DNA of 64,000 nucleotides from Balanoglossus misakiensis (taxonomy: Eukaryota; Animalia; Hemichordata): NCBI GenBank assembly GCA_040954595.2, contig CM082579.2, positions 306,922-370,921 on the forward strand. Direction: 5' to 3'. The translations under genes were made by a program, and so were the position numbers. Numbering within the stretch: position 1 is the stretch's first letter; each line of letters begins with the position of its first letter. Shown here in pieces: positions 1 to 12,200 of this stretch. The notes beneath the pieces were generated by a model, which did not search any database, was not told the origin of the DNA, and saw only the letters and a list, made by a program, of their open reading frames with translations.

Positions 1-255
1 TGTTTGCAGATGTGAAATCAGAACAATAAATCGCTTGAATGGGACATTTGTTTTTATTTTCTGAAATGTTAATTTCATAAAATGTATTAACTAGGTGATG
101 ATTAGAAAAGTGAAATCTTATCATTCTTATATGCCCGTAGTGAGGCCCTACAGTTATTAATTTAAAAAAAAAAGATAAAAACTAAAGATAGAAAAAAAAT
201 ATGTGTTAGTATTTGATGAACTGCAACTTTAATTTTATTATGATTTGTTTTGCAG

Positions 256-3200
256 ATTTTGACAGAGCACTGAAGAAACCCATCTGTTCAAGATATGGTG
301 AAGGTTTGTTTAGTCGATATCCAAGAAGAGATGGTCGTGTTTACAATGTAAGTGTTCACTTCATATAGTAAAAGAAAGCAGATTTCTTAGGAGAACTAAC
401 ACAGTTCAGAACAGCAGATAGAGACAAAAGGGACATTTATTTTGCCCTGCTTTCTGTCAACTTCATTTAAATTAAATTGAAGCCTTTCAGATCATTGAAA
501 AGCTTTCCTTTTTACATGTAATGCAGTTTTGTTCATGTCTCTATTTGCTCTCTCAAGTAAAATTAATTATTAATATCATATACCTCTTGAAAAAGCTATC
601 GGGGCAAATGTTGTGAACAGCCAGTATATATGTCATTTAGTTTCTTTTTGTTGCCTTTTAACCTTGATTATATTGATCATTGTGTTGAATAAATCACTGA
701 ATAAAAAAGCAATAGACTGCTTGGAGGGATTCTTTTCCAAGTAGAAAATGAATTCTGTGGATAGAGGCACCTGAAAGCTTTCTTAATAGAGGAAATTGCA
801 GGGAGTGCAAATCATGTGTTTGATGTTATGCAGTTGCCAGTGGTGATCTTGATAAGGCAACCATGTATGTATCCATGACAACCAACATTTGTTGTGCATG
901 GGTTTGATTTGCTGCCAGACATGATATCATGTATGACGTTTGGGAAATGTCAAATCGAAAACAATCTTCATTTTATATCAGGAAATATCTGTACTTCTGA
1001 GGTGAATTCTTTGTACTTTGAAATGCATTGTCAGTAAACTGAGGACAAATAGAAATGTGTTATCAAATCTGCTGAAGCAAAGCCATTTACTCAAATTGTT
1101 TGACCACTGTTAGCACACAGTCTCAAGATTGAAGTGAATATTGTTTAAACAGCAGTGTGCTAGGTACATCTTTGCTCATTAAACAAATGTACAGGTTTAC
1201 ATCACATATTGCAGTAGTAGCAATGCTGTTTTGGTTACAATTTAACACTGTTTAAATAACAAAGAAAAATTGAAAAATTTACAGTAGTAGACTATAGATA
1301 AAATGTGCAATATGTTTTATTCCAATTCAAAACACAAGCCAAAAAATGATCAGCACTTGATCTAAATTGAGATATCTGACGCCGTCTTGATTATGTGATG
1401 TAAAGAGTCGACCCTATTTGTTACATGTCATCTTTTATTCACTGTACCTACCGTACATGTACACACTCTGAATAAGTGAATAGAATTCCATTATTCCCAC
1501 ATGACTTTCCATGATTGCCTTCCTTGTGAATAACTGTTTCATACAGATAATTAGATAACAACCAATAGTAGCCATGGCAACAGAAAGAGGTCACAGTTCA
1601 CATCTGTGTTTTTTTCCCCTTGCAGATTACAGTCAGCAGAGAGCGTCTGAAGCAGATTGAGAACAGCCTCTTGCAAGCCATAGTGTTGTACAAAAGAAGA
1701 CTTGAATGGCTTACAACTGAGAGTCGACGACTCTTTGGTGTTATTGAAGAACACTGTGTTACCATAGTGATTGACATCAAAACAAATAACCCCACCATGT
1801 TTGATCACTGCAGGAATGCTCTTACCAGAGTAATTGAGGAACAGGTCTCACAAATTGCAAAGTTTAACCTCATCAGGTATGCCACAACCCCTCTTTTTCA
1901 AATGGACAGTGCCAATAAAATAATGAAAAACAATTAAATTTAATTGAAATTTATTAAAGACAATTTTCTCTCCCCTCTGTCCCCTCATACCTTGTAGAGC
2001 TGGCAAAGACATGGTGACATTCCAAGACTCGGCTGTGCCAGTTTGCAGAGACAGCATAGAAAAAGCCATGGATTGGATCAAAACTCTAGATCATGCTGGT
2101 GAAACCACTGAAACCAGTGCTGCAGAGGCTGTACTAAAAGCAGTCTCTGACAAAAACGTAAGTACAATGAAACCTCTTAGCATGGTCTTATACAATATAG
2201 GAAGTTACCAGTTAAACAAACTATCCAACAGTATTTCAAAATGAAACAGTGAAACTAGAAAATAATGTGTTTCTCATTTTATTTTTGCACAGATTGAAGC
2301 AGTGTACTTTTTCTCTGAGGGAAGTTCCACGCAGAGTGCAAGGGAGTTACTCAAACAGAAAGTGAAGAATGGTCCAATGCCAGTGAATACAGTGGCATTC
2401 AATAGTACAGATTCAATCACAGTACAGTTTCTGAAAGATGTTGCCAAGATTACTACTGGAAGGTGAGTGTATTTGTTGGAGTATTATTACTTGATTTCAT
2501 GCAGCAAAATAATATGCATCACTGCAGGTACTACATGTAAACAAAACTAGCCGAAATAGGCCCCCCCCCCAAATGCTGAAATAGAGCAATGTTGTAATGC
2601 CTGTAATTAACAGCCTCTTGATTCTTGTTTCTCTGTCATTTTCCAGATTCCACGCCTTTGCTTTTACAAAGCTGGATGCAGATGTGGATGGTACCAGCGC
2701 ATATAACAGCAATGGGAAGGTGCTTCCAGGAGGAGTGCCGCCTGGTGCCGGAATGAGGCAGGATGTCGTATTACTGTGGGAAGAACTGGAAGATGCCAGG
2801 ACTACTCTGTCTGAAATTCAAGTTCTCAGCGAAGATGCAGTGGAAGGCAAAGCAGATCACAACCAATTAGGTGAGTAAATACACCCATTTTAATTAGTCT
2901 AGTGCCCTCATTGATGATTGCTGCATTGCCAGGTAACCAACCAACCAACCATAACATAAAATACCATGATCCACAGACTAACCATGAAAATAATCACACA
3001 AAATTACCCAAACAATTGGTGATTAATACACTTGTCAAATCTCTCCACAGTTGATGGATCTGGTGAAAAGATTCCACCCAAAGGTGACCAGTACTTGACT
3101 TCCAGAGCCTGGCTTGAAAAACATGGCTTGGTAGCCAAACGACTTGGTTTCTATGATGTCTTGGCTAATGTGGCATTCAAACATTGTGATGGTGTTGTTG

Positions 3201-6200
3201 ATGTGAAGGGCCCACCAGATGATGGCTATACTGATGCTGTAAGTGATGATTTCACTTCAGACTTTTTAATCTAATCACTGAAGAGATTTGCCAACCTAAA
3301 TTGCTGTTTTTCCAAAAGTATGCAACCACAGGTGTGTAATTCTAACTTCACACTGTTTCTTGTAACTTTACCCAGGCTAGCAGAAATAAGCTGATCAATG
3401 CACAGTACTGTGATCAATTCTGTCATGTTCTGTGGAAAGATGGTACCGTGAAACATGTCCACGTCACGTCAGATGTTCACAGGAATTATGAAAGAAGAAT
3501 GGCTGTTGCCTTGGACGCCATTCAACAAAGGTTAGAGATTTTTCGTTCTTCAGATATTTAGATTTGATCACTTTCATTGGGAGAGCTGAACTTTGTAATA
3601 AAAATTGACACAAGAAGTCACACAACTGTTTAATGCTAATTCTACTCAAAGATTCAAAATACATGTGCTTGTGTATACAGTAAACAAGGCCAACATACAG
3701 TTAGTTTCTCTGCAATATGATTTATCATCCAAGTCATATAACATCTAGAGTTAACACTACCTATTATTCATCTAAGTTTATTCCGGTATGTTCCTAACCC
3801 AAATTATCTTGTTGCATAGGATTGATTGGCTCCAGCAAGGAAGTCGGGAATTGTTTGGGACAATCATTGAAGATCAAGTATACATTCTAATTGATTCCTC
3901 CAGTTCCATGAATCCTCATCTTGATTTGGTCAAAGAAAAACTCATTCGTCTAATGGAGGTAATGAGAATGTGGTACATTGTTCTACATCACCATCAGTGA
4001 TGGATGACTGTCATCAATTTGCTCAGTACAACACTCATTATTAATGTGCCACTTCTTACTCCTTTAACGGGGAACTTAATTATTGAATTTTACACTGCCA
4101 CAAACCTGTGTTGCACATCCTACAGTATTTCCACATTTTCTCACAAAGCTCTCTGCAGAGACAATGCTAAATCACTTTAATCCACATTTTTCCCAAAAGG
4201 AACAACTGCGTCACAAAATGAAGTTCAACCTCATTAAATTTGGCACCAGAGCCATGATGTGGAGAGACAGGATGGTTGATGTCAATGAATCCAATCTGCA
4301 AAGTGCATGGAATTGGGTGCGAGGTCTAAGTGCAAATGGATCCACCAACACATTGGCTGCATTGAAATTGGCACTTAGTGATCCAAACACACAGGCTATT
4401 TATCTGTTGACTGATGGCAGACCTGACCAGGTATTGAAACGTCCATTTTCATTTCCTCATTAATTGTCCGTTCTTGCAAGCCAGAGTCATCTACCTCTGC
4501 TCCAACACAGAAACTTTTGCCTTAAAGAGGTTGTGGTTTACGACGATGTTATTTTATTATGGCTTCAAGATAATTTCAAATTTTAGTTTCCTAATAAATA
4601 TCTTTTGATTATTAAGGCCACCACTAATACACTTCCATGAAATGTTTTCTGAGACGATTGTTTAATGCATTTACAGCCACAGAAGACTGTGTTAGCTCAA
4701 GTTCAACTTCAGCAGAAAGTTCCAGTTCACACAATCTCATTCAACTGTGCTGATGCAGAAGCCAATGAATTCTTGGCTCAGTTAGCAGCTGACACAGGAG
4801 GTCGATATCACTATTTCTCTGAGGAAGGCAGTAGAGATCCTGGTGGCCCAATGCCATTTGAGGTAACAACTAACTTATATTATATCACTTTGTGGTTTTG
4901 TTATTTGCACGAAATGAGTATTGCCTGATATCATGGTGATCCTCAGCTGACTCCAGTTAGATTTGCAATTGGTCAGTCCAGAACAGTAGCTGGTGTGTAG
5001 CATTTTCATTTCAACGTAAATTGTATTTTAAACATTTGAATATTTGTGTCCATTGTTAAACTTTGTAGAGTGAGGATATTAGACTTCTGAAAGATGAACT
5101 GGAAACAGGAAGAGAAGATTTGGCAAAAATTGCAAGACTTCGAGCGGAATGTGCTGCTTTGGATTGGACAAACTCCAAAAGTGATGCAGGATGTGGAAGA
5201 GAGCATGGCTTACCGTAAGTGGAATTTTTATTCTGTGTGTACGAGATTTTGTGTTTTGTTGAATTCAAGAGCATTTTTGGACAAAGTCATGAAAGATAAA
5301 AGATTGTTTTCATTCACTCCACATCTCAGACAACGTCCACATTCTGCAACCGGTGTGAGAATGGAGAAACCGAAACCACCGGTCACTCCCAGGACAACCA
5401 GACCAATGTCAGCCTTTGGTCATCGTGAAACAACTACACATATAAATTGTCATCGTGGTAATGTCTACCAGAGGCCACTGACACCAACATCCAAGACCAA
5501 ACAGAAATTAGTGGCAGGTAGGAGTCTTTTAATTGAAAAAAATATGAATTATGACAGGTAGGATGTGCAATTACAGGTATATCACTGTTTTGATGTTGTG
5601 TTTTTTAAAACTTGCTTTTTACTGGAGAGAGTGTGACAATACTCCTTGGGGGGGGGGGGGTGTCATCGTGGCTGTGGGTATGGGTCCCATACAGCACAGT
5701 TGCCAGCATAGTAGGCGCCAAGTGTAACTGCTACAATGCACATCATTGCAAAGAATTTGATTGTTACTTTATATTACTCTGTACATCATGGCAAACAGTG
5801 AGTCATTACTGTTTAGCACATTTCAAATTTACTTTGATGCAACGTGTATTGGTTGGCAGGGTCTCCTGACCCATGGAAATATTTATAAACAGAAAAGTTG
5901 CACATGTGCAGTTCAGTTGACCTGTGTTTCAAAAAAGTCCAACAATCATCCAGTAAATCTCACAGTTTGGTAACTTTGCTTGCCACATTTAATTTCATTT
6001 GTTTATGTTCTATGTACTAATAAATTGCCTGACCCTGAAGTGTACACAACAAAACAATACCAAGACATACGTAAGTTTGAGACTTCATAAATCCGAGTAA
6101 TATGCATATTCATCCATAAAAAGCATGCCTGATGCAGTCCAAATTTTCCCATATGCAGCAGTCATACTTAATGTCCATAATTACTGCTTTGTGTTTTGGC

Positions 6201-9200
6201 AATATCTCTAAATGACTTGTATGCTAAAGTTGCTTTCTTCCCTTGCTTATTTTCGTTTGCCCTTTTGTTTTTTGGGGAATTTCAAGCAATTGATGGTCTT
6301 GTAGCGGGTGAGTTTGCTTTTCTGTAATGAGGTCTATTCCCTCATCAATCATAATACCTCCCACATTACTATTCAGTGTAGTTGATCCCATGGTAACAAC
6401 ATTATTGAAGTCTAGTGGTTCATTGTCACTGGGGCTGAATGGAAACCATTCCTGTTTCAAACTTAACCAATAACAGATATGTACAGGATTTAACAACCTC
6501 TCAACAAAATTCAGATTTTTATTTAAGTGTATGGTTTAACCCTTTCACCCCCAGTTCCCTCTTAAGAGGTCCAATCCTACCATAGAAAACAATGGGTTTG
6601 GACTGAATCATAGTGGTGAAAGGATTAAACACTGGGCCATGGTTACCATGCATTCCATGTGGAAAAGTCAGATGCATCATATCATCCCTGAATGTTATCA
6701 TCTGCTTCATATTGTTGAGACTCATCTAGTTTTATTGGTGAGGTGATGCAAAACCAAGCATTGGAGAAAACTCTCCATTTTAATATTGTAAGATTCCTCA
6801 CTAAAGAATTAATTGCTTACTGTAGTTTAGAAAGTGAATATGATATGTAAACATTAAACCATGGGTAAAGTGAGTGAACCAAAATGGCTGCCAAATGACT
6901 GTTTCTTACCCGTAGTTGTCACGTTTATAATTTGGTTGCTAGGTCATACAAGAACCAGTCTGATGAGAACTATGAGCAGTGGGTCTTTTGATCCGTCCAG
7001 GCAGTGGATGTTACCAGAGACCAGAGCATTGTTTGAAAAACAATGGACGAAATTCAAAACAGCTTTGCAAGGTTAGTAACTCTAGTCTGCCCATAACATT
7101 TTAATTCATGTTTATTCTACAATTTTTCATTTGTTATCGAAATATAAACTTTTTCACAAAAAAGAATAGTTGTCAACTGCATTTGTTAAAAAATATAAAA
7201 TATGTTGAATACTTTACTTCTCAGATACTGAAAAACTTGATCAACAAGAAAAAAAGAAATTAAGAAAGAAGAAGACACGATCTAGAAGAGAAGAGTAAGT
7301 TTTAAGTTTCTTATTTGGTTTACAAATAATTTTTCCAATAATAGTTAACTACATGTAGAGTTGTTGTCAATTTGTGTGATGGAGTAACATCATTTGCAAA
7401 GACTACCATTACTTTGCATTTCATTTTCAGACTTTGAAAAAAGACTTATGTAGAAATACTGCATTTCCCTCTCAATAAAATGTCTCATCATTCTTTATTA
7501 CAGCCCCATGGAGATGTCTTCCAAGAGATGGTTGAAATTCTACGGATTGAAAGCTCGTAAACTGACAATAATGGATGCCTTAGCTCCCACTGTGATCACA
7601 CAGCGTGCAAAATATGTACCAATCATCGACAAATATGTCCTGTCAAAAGTCTTTGATGAGGTATGTCTGAGATTTATTTTGTTTGCGTACATACATCACC
7701 ACTGAGCAATGGCATGAGTGTCTTGTTAAGTGAAATCTTTTCCTGATATTCTTGTTTTTGTGCATTTTAGGTTCTGCCGCTTGCACATACCACAGGAAGC
7801 AACAGGAAAGAAGTGAAACTGATCAATCCTCATGGAGTCAACCTTCTACAGTATGAGGAGAGATTGAAACATGTTATTGACGAGTTCAAAGCTAGACTTG
7901 ATGCTGTGGTATGGCGAAATCTCACACAACAGGAGAAAGACAAGTAAGTTGTTTACTGATGTTCTGAGGGACATTGACATGATGTCACTGTCAAAGATGT
8001 ACAGAGGACCCCCTTCTGCCAACCCCCCCCCCCCTTCCCCTCCACATAATCACACAACATTAACACAAAATAGCCTAGGAAGATCACATTCTCCTTCAGC
8101 AGAAGAATTCATTTGCATGTCTTGTTCACAATTTGCAGCTTTGGTGGAGAAGATGGTGGTGCTATCTCCTTCCTTGACAACAAACTTGAGATGATGCAAG
8201 CGCTTGACCGTCTTGGCTGGCCATTACCTGAAGATGACATCACTCTGCTTGAGGAAGAAATTGAACAAGCAGCAAGATATCTCCAACAAAGCAAGGATTT
8301 GCGAAAAGCAGCTGAGAGAAAAGCCAGCATACGTAGCATCGACAGTTACGACCGACCAAAGACTGGACGACGATCCAAGAAAACCAAGAAAAGGCGGGAA
8401 ATAATCATCACAAAGACTGAAAATGATGACAATATTGAAGATGAGATCATCGATGATGGTGATGAAGGAGACGATGTATTTGATGAGAAGTCATCTGTCA
8501 GCAAGAGTAAAGATTATGAGGTAGAATACTGATCTGCCCATCTTTCCATAAACACACCTCTCATCGTCACTGCATGGAATCTTCCACATCATAAAACATT
8601 GGCATGGACAATACCATTGTCAAATATGGGGGCGTTGTAGCAAAAATATCAATAGTGGTTTGCTGCAGGCTGTGGAATTAAGGTCCTAAAGCTCATTTTA
8701 GTCAGTGTGATGCAATTATAGTTATTTACATGTCAAATTCAAACGTTTTTCTTTTCTCATATTGACTGTATGGTTTAGTACTTGTCCAGAATTACTTTAC
8801 ATAAAATTCGCAGACAGCTGTTCATTGCTAACCAAATTATTATGTACTGTATGTTATCTGCCAAGATTATCCTGCCTAGCAATGACGGAGATTGTAGTAC
8901 TGAACCAGGTTTGAAATCAAAATTACCTCTAAGTACTAAGTGATATGTTATATGTATTAAACTGATGAATCAAGTTAGATCATGTCAGAAATTGATACCA
9001 TTCTCAGAATAATTCTATGAGAAGATACATGTCTCATGAATTGTGTCAAAAAGGAGACAAAATAGTTCTCCAACCAAAAGAAAATCAAATGCAATTTTCA
9101 GATTTGTCATTGAGACCCGTCGCAATATAAAATATGCAGCTGGACATACAAATGTAAAGTTTAGGATACTATTATTGAAAAAAATTGCAAATTAATTTAC

Positions 9201-12200
9201 TACAAGTTAATTTAGTTCTAAGGTAAATTATATTGATCAAACTTGGAAAAAAGCGAAAATCAAATAAGCTTGGAAATGGTTAATGTTAATGAATAAATGT
9301 GTTTATGCTTGATTTGTGAAGACAATCATGAACAAAAGATTTTGCAGTAATTTTCAACTTGAAATGAAAACTATGCATTTTGCTAGATAAGGAACTCCAG
9401 TATCTACTATGTGCAATGGTTGGTCTCATAGCTTATAGTCAGGGTATGTCCAAAAATTCTGCACACTTTTTAGAGTACATTTTCTGAAATGAGGCCAATT
9501 AAATGATATTACAAAGGTTAGATCATGAAAATTTGTAGAAATGGTGCTAAGGTGTCATTCTTTCCATTAAAATTGTAATCATTAATTCCATTTTAATATC
9601 CGACCAGGTTTGTGGGAGATAAAATCTAAACTTTGGGAATGTAGATATCTACTTCCGTTTGGGTGAATGGATTTTAAAGTTTGTGTGTGTCTGCTTTGCT
9701 TGCATAGAAACTATTAAAAGTAATTTGCCATCATTTAACATGCGCATTTCTGCAAGCTGGATTAATTCGTCTATTGCTTGTTATCATGCTTATAATGTTT
9801 TGCAGTCGTCCTGTCATTATAACCATATTCAAATAAATTTTTCATTCTGCAATCGTAGGCTGTAAATTTAAATGGAAACCGATCAAATTTGTCATATTTG
9901 ATACTTGATCTGATAACACCTATCAGGTATTTATATTGCTCAGTCTTGCTGAACCAATCAGAAATGATGTTATCTGAGAAATAGTCACATGACCTCACAG
10001 TCAATATGACAGATTATTGAATAGTTTGTAAATCAGTGATTGTGAAATGCGCTATCTTTTAACATGTATTGTAACTCTGCTAATGAACTAACTTTTAGCT
10101 TTCTAATTTTTCTCTCTACCTTGCTGTGTGTGAAGCATAAACCTAAATCAAAGAAGGTATGAATGCATTTTTTTTAAAAACATTCTTGACGTAAATTTTC
10201 AGTAAATGCGATGTAATTTTTTCCTGCAAGATACAACATTACACATTACAAAATGTAGATTTATATTTGCAAATTGAGTTTTATTTGTATATGTATATGT
10301 GTGTTATTAGTGTTGTCAAGCATGTTTGTTTTTTTGCAATGAACTTCAAAAGAGATGTGACAAACAGAGATATTTAGAAATGGAAAATCCAAAATTACCC
10401 CCAAATGTTTGTTTTTCTGTGTTTCAAATGATTGACTTCATCATTTTGAAGGCATAGGGATGTGAAATCTTTGGTTGCTGATGTACGTTGCTTTCCATAT
10501 TCTTCGTGTGGAGTGTTAAGTTCTAACTTGCTTTTCAAATACAGATATGATGAATATTCATGAACTGTGCAACCATGTGATATTTTTAAAGGCGCTTAAT
10601 ACTGGATTGTGTCAATGATACAGTTTTTGTCAGCAGTCAGAGTGTTCATAGGTTTGGTTGTTAGACTGGTCTCTGAATATCTCTGTTTGTACATTTTTGA
10701 AAATGGTTTGGAGCCTGAAACCAAAAGTTTCTGTTATTTTTATGTTTCACCATAGGGTTTTTGGAGTTCGATATCAGAGACCAGTTCTAACAAGAAGCCT
10801 CCCACTTCCAGAAGGCGTATTCAGAAAATACTTGATAAGAGGAAGGGCTCAAATGTGATAGCAAGAAATGCTTCCGATGGACTGTACTATCCAGGTAAAA
10901 AATATATCAGTAATCAGTTAATTTTTCTGCTTGCTTGGTCAATCTCAGCAGATCAAAACACTCAATCCAAAAATCTTCAGAATTTAAGATTGGCTGAATT
11001 GACTGAGACAAGTCGACACTTCTCACCTTGATAATCTGACCCTTGTACACAGAGGAAAATCTTTGTTAATCAGATTTTAGAGCAATTTGATTAAAATCAG
11101 ATCTGGAGTTAGGCACTGTCTTTATTTTTGCTGATTCTTGGCTGTTCTGTTCTGTATGCGTGAGGAAAGCCAAGACAGAGAACAGAAGAGCCAAAGCCAA
11201 GAAAACAGAAAAGCCAAAACTATCACCAGCGCCTAATTCTACATCTGATTTTAATCAGATTGGTTTTAGAGCAACACTTCAATATTGCCAAAACTAATCC
11301 AATGTAAAAAAATACTATAATTAATGCACAGAATCATGTAGAGATCAACACACCATAAATAACCAAGTTTACCCTTTTCTCCTTTTGGATACCTTCCTGT
11401 CATGTCAAAATGCGCAATAAACACTTCATTCCTTGCAATTGATATCCACTGCTTCATGATTTGTGATGGTGTGTGTGTCATATTTTGATGGTGGTTGTCA
11501 AGTGTCGCTCAGTTTCAGGTATCAATGTGATGGTTGGGTCAGTGCACTGTGTCAGTATGACTTTGATGAATTTCATCAGAATGATTCGCCATAGCCCATT
11601 GGACGAGGGAGCAGACATGTGATCTAATCCAAGCCAGAAAGAAACATCTTACATGTACATTTTCTTGGATTATGAGAACAACCACATCAGGCAGCAGAAA
11701 TCATGACACAAGTAACAATGCTACCATTCCCCAAACAAATTCCACATAGCTTAAAAATCATGTAGATGAGAAATGGCCTATATCTGTCTTCATGGCAAGC
11801 CATCCCCAAACAACCACACCAAATTCATGTTGTCAAGTTATTAAAAATGATTTGTCCCTCCACATAAACTTTTCAACACAGGAACTGTGATCAGCTGTCC
11901 TGATGCCAGACATGTTCAAGTTCATTTCCGGAATGAGACAAGTGATTTACTTCCATCAAGGTTTGTGATTTCAATTGGAGGAGCGCAGCCTTGTCCTCAG
12001 CTCAGAGTGAGTCTTAATTCACACCTTCTTTCAGATATCTCCTTTATTATATAAGGCAGCAATTATTACTTTTGGGACAGAATTTCTAAACAGCCAAAGT
12101 CCAGTCTTTCATCTGCTTTGCTTTGAGGGCCTGTTGAAATATGTGTACAGCCTGACCCCAACCCTTGAGGATTGCAACCTGTGGTTGACTTCAAACTGTG

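Noticed and set aside
982-1001. cag|20 nt|gtgaat possible microexon in the first VWA3B intron in the window
   Set aside because: Not a multiple of three and the donor is weak.
8680-9620. Possible old DNA transposon relic in the long VWA3B intron
   Set aside because: The composition is suggestive, but no termini, TSD or transposase fragment could be delimited.
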